Shown piece after piece: positions 1-7,899 of a stretch of DNA of 30,558 nucleotides. A model generated the notes under the pieces. That model was not told where the DNA came from. It worked only from the letters and a program-made list of their open reading frames with translations, and did not search any database. Position numbers and translations under genes: made by a program. This stretch comes from an uncultured Candidatus Saccharibacteria bacterium (GTDB lineage: Bacteria > Patescibacteriota > Minisyncoccia > UBA6257 > GWB1-50-10). Location of the stretch: assembly GCA_964528655.1 (NCBI GenBank), contig CAZGST010000001.1, positions 12,061 through 42,618 on the forward strand. The letters are read 5' to 3'. The stretch's first letter is position 1; each line of letters opens with the position of its first letter.

Positions 1-510
1 ACAAAAGGGGATGATGAAGAAAAAAAATACTGGACCATCAGACGTGAAAGCTTCAACCTTCTCCGTCACCATCTAAGCGGTAAACACACCGCCCCATTTA
101 TTGACGACTTTGTGGTGCTCCCTGAATACCTCCCTGAATTTTTACCAAGACTTAATAAGATCTTGGAGGCCTATAAAGAACACATGATCTACACCATTGC
201 CGGCCATGTCGGAGACGGAAACTTCCACATCATTCCAATCATGGACTTCAAAAACCCCAGCATAAAAAAGGTAATCAAAGAGGTCGCCGAAAAAGTCTAT
301 GATCTTGTCATCGAATATAAGGGTTCTACAACTGGTGAACATAATGACGGCCTGATCCGCACTCCTTTCCTTGAAAAGATGTATGGTAAGAAGATATGCA
401 AACTATTCGAAGAAACAAAGAATATCTTCGACCCGGAAAACATCTTCAATCCAGGCAAAAAGGTTAACTCCAATTTCTCGTGGTCCCTAGACCACCTTAG
501 AAAAACTTGA
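1..510 (+). CDS. FAD-linked oxidase (GlcD/D-lactate dehydrogenase-like), C-terminal part, 5' truncated by the window
   Basis: Frame 1 is open from base 1 (TKGDDEEKKYWTIRRESFNLLRH...). Contains GHVGDGNFH, GEHNDG and FDPENIFNPGK, typical of FAD-oxidase_C domains. Confidence 0.85.
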   Translation, partial: TKGDDEEKKYWTIRRESFNLLRHHLSGKHTAPFIDDFVVLPEYLPEFLPRLNKILEAYKEHMIYTIAGHVGDGNFHIIPIMDFKNPSIKKVIKEVAEKVYDLVIEYKGSTTGEHNDGLIRTPFLEKMYGKKICKLFEETKNIFDPENIFNPGKKVNSNFSWSLDHLRKT

Positions 511-546
511 GTACTAACCTTTTTAGAATTAATTTTCTTCTAAGAT

Positions 547-575
547 TTGCTGAAAAAAGATTTCTGGTTTATAGT
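547..575 (+). promoter_or_regulatory. sigma70-like promoter upstream of secD
   Basis: TTGCTG (547-552), 17-nt spacer, TATAGT (570-575), ending 13 nt before ATG 589. Confidence 0.5.
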
Positions 576-588
576 ATCAAACGTTTTT

Positions 589-1866
589 ATGCCCAATCGA
601 AAAAACTTAGCGCTCATATTGACAGGTATTATTCTTATCTCGCTCTTTGCCGCACTTTTCACGTATCAGCCTCTCTGGGGAAAAGTAAGTTCAAGTAGAC
701 CCTGGAGCTTTGGTCTTGATATTGCGGGAGGAAGCCTTCTTACCTACGAAATTGACATGAAGGATGTAGAACCGGGGGACCAAGACTCTGTTGCCCGCGG
801 ACTTCGTGATGTGATCGAAAGGAGGGTAAATTTTTTTGGCGTAAGTGAGCCTAGGGTATACCTTGAAAACGCTGATAATACGAAAAGACTGATTGTGGAA
901 CTTGCAGGAGTAAAGGATGTTAAATTAGCCATCGATGAAATTGGCACCACCCCTCTTCTCGACTTCAGAGAAGTTGAAGAGAGGGCTGGCACCTCAACCT
1001 CAACCGACCTCTTGGGTAATTACAATTTTATAAAAACCGACCTCACTGGCCGCTATATCAAAAACGCCCGAGTAGATTTCGACTCTGTAACTGGAAAACC
1101 TCAAGTATCTATTGAATTCACAGAAGAAGGAGGAAATATATTCGAAACCCTTACCGGAAAAAACATCGGCAAACCTCTCGCTATTTTTCTCGACGATGAA
1201 CCGATTGAGATGCCAATAGTTCAAGGAAAGATCAGTGGTGGGAAGGCTCAAATTACAGGGAACTACAGCTTAGAAACTGCTCGCGCCCTCGTTGAGCGCT
1301 TTAACGCAGGAGCTCTTCCCGCGCCAATCACGCTTATTAACCAAGAGACGATAAGCGCGGAACTTGGAAGCGATTCACTGTCCAACGCCTTTAGAGGAGG
1401 AATACTCGGAACAATTCTTGTCATCATTTTTATGCTCGTCTTTTATAAAAAGTACGGCCTCTATGCATCAGGCGCTCTTCTTATGTACATCGCTCTCACC
1501 CTCGCTATCTTCAAGGTTATTCCAATCACCCTCACCTTGTCTGGTATCGCGGGCTTCATTCTCTCTATCGGTATGGCGGTAGACGCGAACATCTTGGTCT
1601 TTGAGCGCACAAAAGAAGAACTCGCAAAAGGTCTTTCGCATGTAGCCGCTATTGAAGAGGGGTTCAAACGCGCCTGGAGTTCAATTAGAGACTCAAATGT
1701 AAGCACGATAATTACTTCGATTGTCCTCTACTACGCGACATCAAGTTTTGTGAGAGGATTTGCGCTGGCGCTACTTATCGGAGTACTCATGAGCATGTTC
1801 AGTGCTATTACAATTACAAGAACCATGCTTCGTCTCTCCCTGCAAAAAAAGTTGGAGAAACAATAA
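589..1866 (+). CDS. secD: Protein translocase subunit SecD
   Basis: N-terminal TM followed by the GLDIAGG motif, periplasmic domain, C-terminal TMs with GMAVDANIL and IRDSNVST. Start moved from TTG 547 to ATG 589 because 547-575 looks like the promoter. Confidence 0.95.
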   Translation: MPNRKNLALILTGIILISLFAALFTYQPLWGKVSSSRPWSFGLDIAGGSLLTYEIDMKDVEPGDQDSVARGLRDVIERRVNFFGVSEPRVYLENADNTKRLIVELAGVKDVKLAIDEIGTTPLLDFREVEERAGTSTSTDLLGNYNFIKTDLTGRYIKNARVDFDSVTGKPQVSIEFTEEGGNIFETLTGKNIGKPLAIFLDDEPIEMPIVQGKISGGKAQITGNYSLETARALVERFNAGALPAPITLINQETISAELGSDSLSNAFRGGILGTILVIIFMLVFYKKYGLYASGALLMYIALTLAIFKVIPITLTLSGIAGFILSIGMAVDANILVFERTKEELAKGLSHVAAIEEGFKRAWSSIRDSNVSTIITSIVLYYATSSFVRGFALALLIGVLMSMFSAITITRTMLRLSLQKKLEKQ

Positions 1867-1870
1867 ACCT

Positions 1871-2794
1871 ATGAATTTTATCAAAACCGGAAAAATCTTT
1901 GTAACCGTCTCAGCAATTCTCGTGCTTATAAGTATCGTTCTCGTTTCGACGCTCCACCTCAAAACCGGAATCGATCTGAAAGGAGGCACAAAATGGAGTG
2001 TGGAAATAAAAAATGAAAAAGCGAACGAAAACCTGATTGCGGAAGCCCTTCAAAAAAACAGAGAAGATAAAGATGTTGGCGTAAGAAAAGCTGAAGGAAG
2101 TGAATATGTTATAAGACTAGGAACCATCACAGAAAATGAGCACCAAGAGTACAAAACCCTTCTTGTTAAAGAATTCGGTGAGCTAAGAGAAGTTCAGTTT
2201 TCTAGTATTGGTCCGGTAATAGGAAGAGAGCTTGCCTCGCAAGCAATCTGGGCGATCATCTTAGTGCTTCTGGGAATATCGTTGTACGTCGCGTTTGCAT
2301 TCAGGAAGTCATCCCAAAAAATAAGGTCCTGGAAATATGGAGTAGTAACTCTTGTTACCCTTTTCCATGATGTGGCAATCCCAGCCGGCCTCCTTGCAAT
2401 TCTAGGTGTTTGGAAAGGAGTAGAACTAGACACGAATCTTATTGTTGCGCTTCTTGTTGTGATTGGTTTTTCAGTCCACGACACAATTGTGGTATTTGAT
2501 CGAATTCGTGAACACATAATAAAGAGTGGAATAAAAAACATCCCACTGGAAATGATAATGAATCAAAGCGTGGAGGAAACAATTGCCCGATCGATAAACA
2601 CCTCGCTAACACTCATTATTGTTCTCCTTGCCCTCCTTGGTTTTGGCCCAGCAAACCTCTTCTACTTTGTGCTTATTATCCTAGTAGGAACGGTAATTGG
2701 AACGTACTCATCAATCTTCGTGGCAACCCCGCTTTTGTACCTTTGGGCCGGAAGAAAAACAGAAGAAAAAAGATTTGAAAATACCGTACACTAG
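1871..2794 (+). CDS. secF: Protein translocase subunit SecF
   Basis: GIDLKGG and GFSVHDTIVVFDRIRE motifs, multiple TMs, directly downstream of secD. ATG 1871 lies 4 nt after the secD stop. Confidence 0.95.
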   Translation: MNFIKTGKIFVTVSAILVLISIVLVSTLHLKTGIDLKGGTKWSVEIKNEKANENLIAEALQKNREDKDVGVRKAEGSEYVIRLGTITENEHQEYKTLLVKEFGELREVQFSSIGPVIGRELASQAIWAIILVLLGISLYVAFAFRKSSQKIRSWKYGVVTLVTLFHDVAIPAGLLAILGVWKGVELDTNLIVALLVVIGFSVHDTIVVFDRIREHIIKSGIKNIPLEMIMNQSVEETIARSINTSLTLIIVLLALLGFGPANLFYFVLIILVGTVIGTYSSIFVATPLLYLWAGRKTEEKRFENTVH

Positions 2795-2845
2795 CTATAT
2801 AAGTCAAGAGTGTGGTATAATAAAAAATATAAATAAACGAAAAGC

Positions 2846-2874
2846 TTGACCTTACTTTATATTCATTGTATAAG
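2846..2874 (+). promoter_or_regulatory. sigma70-like promoter
   Basis: TTGACC (2846-2851), 17-nt spacer, TATAAG (2869-2874). A second extended -10 (TGG-TATAAT) lies at ~2813-2821. Confidence 0.55.
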
Positions 2875-2910
2875 TTGACATCCCCTAATGTAGCTACAAG
2901 GGAAAAACCT

Positions 2911-3936
2911 ATGAAAAATCAGGGTTCTATCAATCAAATAGTGGATGAGATGCTGGCCAATTTTCCTCCAAAACAGAGGAAAATACTGAGCGACAGGTTC
3001 GGTCTCAAAAACGGCAAATCCTCAGCTCTCCAAAAAATTGGAAGCGAATTTAACATTACTCGAGAGCGAGTGCGTCAAATTATCGAACAAAGCTTGAAAG
3101 AGCTGAAAGATACCGTTTCTCACAAGGTTGGAGATCTTTTGGGATTCGCTAAGGAGCACTTGGGAAAATCCGGAGGTGTGCGGCGCGATGATGCGTTCAT
3201 CACGGACCTCAAATTCTTCGCTGGTATTGAAAAAGACGAAAAGTATTCGGATGAAAAAATTCGTTTCCTTCTCTGGGCGAGTAAAGCTTTGGGATATGAG
3301 AAAGAAGATGAGGACATGCGAAGCTTCTGGTATATCGGAGAAGACGCGAAAGGTGCCCTCAAAAGATTTATCGATGAAATGATTTCGTTCTTCGAAAACA
3401 CGGATCGAAAAGCAATCTTGAACGATAAGGTTTATCTCGAAAAACTTGAGAAGTTTCCGGAGTGCCACTACATCTCGATATCGAAGAGGTTTGGTACGAA
3501 TGTATTCGGAGACCTTGGTCTTGTAGAGTGGCCCGAGATTCAGCCAAAAACGATTCGGGACAAGATATACCTTGCTCTCCGTAAGCACGACGTTCCGCTT
3601 CATTTCGAAGCCATCGCGGAATATATCACGGACACTGGCATTGAAAGAAAGTCTGTTCACGTACAAACTGTCCACAATGAGTTGATTAAAGATGACAGAT
3701 TTGTACTCGTTGGACGAGGCATCTACGCCTTGAAAGAAAAAGGCTTCGAAGCAGGTACAGTGCGAGAGCTCATCGTAAAACTCCTGAAATCAAAGGGCCC
3801 ACTTCATCCTCACGAAGTAGTGTCGTTAGTAAATGAGCGAAGATTCTTTAAAGAGAACACAATTTTACTTAACCTCCAGAATAAGAAATTCTTCAACAGA
3901 AAAGACGACGGACGCTACCACGTAAAAGAAGCCTAG
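2911..3936 (+). CDS. Sigma70 region-4-like HTH protein with C-terminal winged-helix (HARE-HTH / RNAP delta-like) domains, conserved in CPR
   Basis: LQKIGSEFNITRERVRQII matches the sigma70 r4 helix-turn-helix. C-terminal RDKIYLAL...PLHF..IA...QTVHNELIKDDRFVLVGRGIYAL. No sigma region 2 is visible, so it is not a full sigma factor. Start set at ATG 2911, downstream of the promoter. Confidence 0.7.
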   Translation: MKNQGSINQIVDEMLANFPPKQRKILSDRFGLKNGKSSALQKIGSEFNITRERVRQIIEQSLKELKDTVSHKVGDLLGFAKEHLGKSGGVRRDDAFITDLKFFAGIEKDEKYSDEKIRFLLWASKALGYEKEDEDMRSFWYIGEDAKGALKRFIDEMISFFENTDRKAILNDKVYLEKLEKFPECHYISISKRFGTNVFGDLGLVEWPEIQPKTIRDKIYLALRKHDVPLHFEAIAEYITDTGIERKSVHVQTVHNELIKDDRFVLVGRGIYALKEKGFEAGTVRELIVKLLKSKGPLHPHEVVSLVNERRFFKENTILLNLQNKKFFNRKDDGRYHVKEA

Positions 3937-3945
3937 CACAAAAGT

Positions 3946-3977
3946 ATACTTGATACTTGATACCGAATACAGGATAC
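3946..3977 (+). repeat. Period-7 array, five ATAC units
   Basis: ATAC starts at 3946, 3953, 3960, 3967 and 3974 (tATAC ttgATAC ttgATAC cgaATAC aggATAC). Confidence 0.85.
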
Positions 3978-3986
3978 TTAACTATC

Positions 3987-5402
3987 ATGGAGATTATCAA
4001 AGAACTTATTGAAGAGATCAAAAACTTCATAGAAGAAGCCGCATCAAAAAAAGAAACGTGGATTCTTCTTTTCTTACTCGGGTTTCTTACTGTCTACACC
4101 ACGAATGTTGAAAACTTCGATATTCTAAAGTACATCCTCCTCTTCTTGAAATACACCTGGTGGATCTGGACCTTCCTTATCATGTTTCCAATTTTTCGCT
4201 CTACCTGGATCTATTGGCGACAACAACTCTACCAAGAAGCAATAAAGTGGAAACTCTTGGAACTCAAATTTCCTCTCGAAATCCTGAAAAGCCCTGCTGC
4301 TATGGAGCAGGTGCTTCGAATCATTCACTCAATGAGGAATGTGGCGGGAAACTTCCAAGAAGTCTACTTCGACGGGGAAGTTACCCGTTGGGCTGCGCTC
4401 GAAATGGTTAGTTTTGGTGGGGATGTGCACTTCTACATACGTTGTTATCACAAACAGGCAAAGGTAGTAACATCTTCAATCTACTCTTACTATCAGGATG
4501 TCGAGGTTCAAGAAGTCGAGGATTATATCGATCGACTTCCAGCTAACCTTCAAGAACTCTACGAACAAGGTTATGACATGTACGGATCAGAAATGATCCT
4601 CGCCAAAAATCCGGCTTACCCGATAAAAACCTACCCTCATTTTGAAAGTCCAGACGAAGAGCGAATAGTAGATCCAATATCTGCTTTTTTGGAAATTCTT
4701 GGGGGCCTGAACAAAGAGGACTTTGTGGGTATCCAGGTTTTGATTGCCCCCAAAAGCTATGCGTGGGCCGAGGCAGAGGAATTGCAAGGAGTTGTTGATG
4801 AGCTGAAAGAGCCAAGTGTTGCCGCGACGGGAGGAGAGGAAAAAGGATTCAAGTTAGTACAAAGAACCCCGGGAGAAACAACACTCCTCGAAATCATCGA
4901 AAAAAACCTTTCAAAGCCGGCATTCGACACCCTCATTCGCTTTATCTACACTGCCCCGAAGAGCGTTTTTGATGGTGATTTTGCAAGGCGCGGTATCGCA
5001 GGCGCCTTCAACCAGTACGCGGGCGTGAACTTCAACCAGTTTGTTCACAACCATAACGTAATCACTCGAGGCGAAATTTGGATCTATCCGCACGTAGCTG
5101 TTGGTAAGCGTGTAGAGTATAGAAAACAGAGAGTACTGGCTAACTATCGCTCTCGCGAACTACCTCCGGAAACTTGGATGGGCAAATTCATCAGCTCTTA
5201 CTGGCCGTATAACTCGAACTTTGGTTCCAAAACATTCGATATGAATGCGGAGGCAATCGCGACACTTTTCCACCCACCAACTAGATATGTACTCACTGCT
5301 CCTCACATGAGAAGAATAGAAAGCAAGAGAGCTGGCACCCCAGGGGGATTGGCTATCTTTGGCGATGAAGAAGATATAGAAAAGTACATGGAAAAAAAGT
5401 AA
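3987..5402 (+). CDS. Conserved CPR membrane protein, of the type usually found with or fused to VirB4/TraG-like ATPases (DUF8128-like)
   Basis: Two N-terminal hydrophobic segments, then WKLLELKFP..ILKSPAAMEQVL, W.ALEMVS.GG.VHFYIR and YPIKTY..F. Family assignment is from recall, not a search. Confidence 0.6.
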   Translation: MEIIKELIEEIKNFIEEAASKKETWILLFLLGFLTVYTTNVENFDILKYILLFLKYTWWIWTFLIMFPIFRSTWIYWRQQLYQEAIKWKLLELKFPLEILKSPAAMEQVLRIIHSMRNVAGNFQEVYFDGEVTRWAALEMVSFGGDVHFYIRCYHKQAKVVTSSIYSYYQDVEVQEVEDYIDRLPANLQELYEQGYDMYGSEMILAKNPAYPIKTYPHFESPDEERIVDPISAFLEILGGLNKEDFVGIQVLIAPKSYAWAEAEELQGVVDELKEPSVAATGGEEKGFKLVQRTPGETTLLEIIEKNLSKPAFDTLIRFIYTAPKSVFDGDFARRGIAGAFNQYAGVNFNQFVHNHNVITRGEIWIYPHVAVGKRVEYRKQRVLANYRSRELPPETWMGKFISSYWPYNSNFGSKTFDMNAEAIATLFHPPTRYVLTAPHMRRIESKRAGTPGGLAIFGDEEDIEKYMEKK

Positions 5403-5406
5403 CAGC

Positions 5407-5928
5407 ATGGAACAAATATTTATTCAGATACAAGAGTGGGTTCGTAGCATAGACTGGTACGCAGTCTATATTGAAGTCCGAAATGTCGGAATCGGATTTA
5501 ACATCCTCTTATTTGGACTTCTCGTCTTTGCGCTTACGAAAGCCTATCATGTGCGTCCAAAATTGATCCCCCTTAGGAAATTTGGAAAGAAGACTCTCAC
5601 GCTGCGTAGTGAAGTAATGAAAGAAAACTGGCAAAAAGTAGTAGGAAGAGCGCACTCCTCGCCCCCACAGTCCCTCACAATCGGAATTATCGAAGCTGAT
5701 AGCTTTGTCGATGAAAGTCTGAAACGCATGGGTCTGAAAGGCGAACACATGGCAGATCGTCTTGAGCATATTAGCCCAGACGAAGTAAGAAGCCTGAATA
5801 ACCTCTGGACAGCTCACAGGATAAGGAATGACCTTGTGCATACTCCAGGCTTTACCGTGTCAGAAGAAGAGGCTGATAAAATTCTAGGGTACTATGAGGA
5901 ATTTCTAAAAGAGCTTGGAGTGATCTAG
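5407..5928 (+). CDS. Hypothetical single-TM membrane protein
   Basis: 173-aa ORF starting 4 nt after the previous stop. One TM (GIGFNILLFGLLVFAL) and a helical C-terminal domain with AHRIRNDLVH. Confidence 0.75.
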   Translation: MEQIFIQIQEWVRSIDWYAVYIEVRNVGIGFNILLFGLLVFALTKAYHVRPKLIPLRKFGKKTLTLRSEVMKENWQKVVGRAHSSPPQSLTIGIIEADSFVDESLKRMGLKGEHMADRLEHISPDEVRSLNNLWTAHRIRNDLVHTPGFTVSEEEADKILGYYEEFLKELGVI

Positions 5929-5931
5929 TGA

Positions 5932-6022
5932 GTAATAGGTACTACGTAGTAGTAAAGTATCAAGAAAGAAAGGCAGGTCCTTCATGCCTAATACCAGATA
6001 CTTGATACATGCTACTAGCTAC
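5932..6022. repeat. Imperfect inverted element with period-7 GTA (left) and TAC (right) arrays around a small hairpin
   Basis: GTA at 5932/5939/5946. GTATCAAG (5957-5964) is the reverse complement of CTTGATAC (6001-6008). AGGCA (5971-5975) pairs with TGCCT (5985-5989). TAC at 5992, 5999, 6006, 6013, 6020. Confidence 0.75.
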
Positions 6023-6023
6023 T

Positions 6024-7790
6024 ATGCAAAAATCCTGTCAAAACTGTGATAGTACTTTTCAAATAGAACTAGAAGATCTAGCGTTTTATGAACGCATACA
6101 GGTCGCCGCTCCCACCTGGTGCAGCGAGTGCCGATTACGGCGCCGGCTTCTCTTTCGCAACGAACGATTTTTGTATAAAAGAAAAAGTGATTTCTCCGGG
6201 AAAGAAATCTTTACGATGTATCCGCAAGAATCAGAAGTAAAAGTGTACGAAAACGAAATCTGGTTTGGAGACGAGTGGGATGCGATGGAGTATGGATTAG
6301 AATATGATCCCACAAAATCCTTTCTCATCCAACTACTTGAACTCTCCCGTAAAGTACCAAGGTTTGCCCTGTCTACACTCTACGGCGTAAACAGTGATTA
6401 CGCGAACAACTACACCGGTTTCAAAAACTGTTATTTAGCGTTTCACGGAAATTACGCCGAAGACTGTCTCTACGGCACAGGTTTGAACTATTCCAAAAAC
6501 TGCGTAGACAATACAGAAGCGGATCACTCTGAGAATTGCTATGGGAATTTTTGCATTGAGCGCTGCGCAAACACATTCTGTTCAGTTCAATGCTCAGAGT
6601 CCTTTAATCTTTACCTCTGCAAAAGCTGTGTCGGTTGCAATGACTGCATCGCATGCGTGAATCTACGTGGTAAAAAGCACCATATCTTCAATAAACCCGA
6701 AACCAAAGAAGCGTATGAGAAAAAAATGCGGGAGTTCAATCTCGGCTCTCACAACGCGCTCGAAAGCTTAAAAACCAAGGCACATGCTTTTTGGAAACAG
6801 TTCCCAGTTCGTTACATGTACGGAACAAAAAATCTGAACTGCACCGGTGACTACATCTCTAACTCAAAAAATGTGAATCGCTCGTTTATTGTGAAAGACG
6901 GAGAAAATATTCGTTACAGCTCTCATATCCAACACGGACCCACAAAGGACTGCTACGACTATAGTGTGTGGGGCGATAAGGCTGAGCTTGTATATGAAAG
7001 CGCAGTGGTTGGATTAGGCGTAAGTAACATGCGTTTTTGCTTCGAATGTTGGAACGAGGTAATGGACGCAGAGTATTCACTATATTCTTCCTCTTCATCG
7101 CACATATTTGGTTGTGTGGGCATAAAGAAAAAACAGCACTGTATCTTGAATAAACAGTATAGTGAAAACGAATACCACACACTGCGAGAAAAAATAATAA
7201 AAGACATGGACGAGAGGCCATTTATAGACAAAAGTGGTCACGTCTACCGGTATGGAGAATTTCTCCCGCCACTATTTTCTCCATTTCCCTATAATCACAC
7301 GAACGCGCAAGACTATTTCCCATTGAGTAAAGGAGAGTGTTTAGCACAGGGTTACGTCTACAAAGAAAATGAGCATCGTGACTATTCGAAAGTAGTCAAA
7401 AGCACAGAGCTACCAGATACTATTGCGGAAACGCCAAGCGTTATCACAGAAGCAGTGGTAGCGTGCAAAAGCATTGAGGAAGATAGACGAGCAGCTGAGA
7501 AACGGAACTGTGCTGAGGCATTCCGTATTCTCCCGCGGGAGCTTCAGTTCTATAAGACTCACAACATACCACTTCCACAACGTTGCTATCATTGTCGACA
7601 TTTTGAACGAATACAGAACCGTAACCCGATTAAGTTTTACAAGAGACAATGCGCGTGCAAAGGAGGATCAAACTCTACAGATCACGCTCACAACAACCAC
7701 CCTTGTCCCAACGAATTTCTAACCTCCTACACCCCCGAAAGAAAGGACATCATATATTGTGAAGCATGCTATCAACAAGAAGTTATATAG
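6024..7790 (+). CDS. Cys-rich multi-metal-finger protein, paralog P1
   Basis: Starts MQKSCQNC; contains PTWCSECR..RR..RNER, two Cys-rich repeat blocks and GEFLP; ends YCEACYQQEVI. Start ATG 6024 chosen by alignment with the other paralogs. Confidence 0.9.
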   Translation: MQKSCQNCDSTFQIELEDLAFYERIQVAAPTWCSECRLRRRLLFRNERFLYKRKSDFSGKEIFTMYPQESEVKVYENEIWFGDEWDAMEYGLEYDPTKSFLIQLLELSRKVPRFALSTLYGVNSDYANNYTGFKNCYLAFHGNYAEDCLYGTGLNYSKNCVDNTEADHSENCYGNFCIERCANTFCSVQCSESFNLYLCKSCVGCNDCIACVNLRGKKHHIFNKPETKEAYEKKMREFNLGSHNALESLKTKAHAFWKQFPVRYMYGTKNLNCTGDYISNSKNVNRSFIVKDGENIRYSSHIQHGPTKDCYDYSVWGDKAELVYESAVVGLGVSNMRFCFECWNEVMDAEYSLYSSSSSHIFGCVGIKKKQHCILNKQYSENEYHTLREKIIKDMDERPFIDKSGHVYRYGEFLPPLFSPFPYNHTNAQDYFPLSKGECLAQGYVYKENEHRDYSKVVKSTELPDTIAETPSVITEAVVACKSIEEDRRAAEKRNCAEAFRILPRELQFYKTHNIPLPQRCYHCRHFERIQNRNPIKFYKRQCACKGGSNSTDHAHNNHPCPNEFLTSYTPERKDIIYCEACYQQEVI

Positions 7791-7824
7791 TCTAAATGTG
7801 CTTTTCCTTGAACCAACGGTAAAG

Positions 7825-7858
7825 TTGTCATAATTCACTAAAAGATGTATAATTATAC
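7825..7858 (+). promoter_or_regulatory. sigma70-like promoter with a perfect palindrome over the -10
   Basis: TTGTCA (7825-7830), 17-nt spacer, TATAAT (7848-7853). The palindrome GTATAATTATAC spans 7847-7858. Confidence 0.65.
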
Positions 7859-7899
7859 TATCTAAAAAGCTACAAGTTAATTATATAAAAACCTAGACT

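Noticed and set aside
3022-3675. 217-aa minus-strand ORF and the many other 60-140 aa antisense or overlapping ORFs in the track (e.g. 11874-12299, 14807-15232, 26102-26506, 30200-30448)
   Set aside because: They lie inside well-supported genes and have no recognisable motifs; treated as shadow ORFs.
2911-3936. Full sigma factor
   Set aside because: Only a region-4-like HTH is visible; no region 2 or 3 motifs.
3946-6022. CRISPR array
   Set aside because: Units are only 7 nt with no repeat-spacer organisation, and no cas genes are present.
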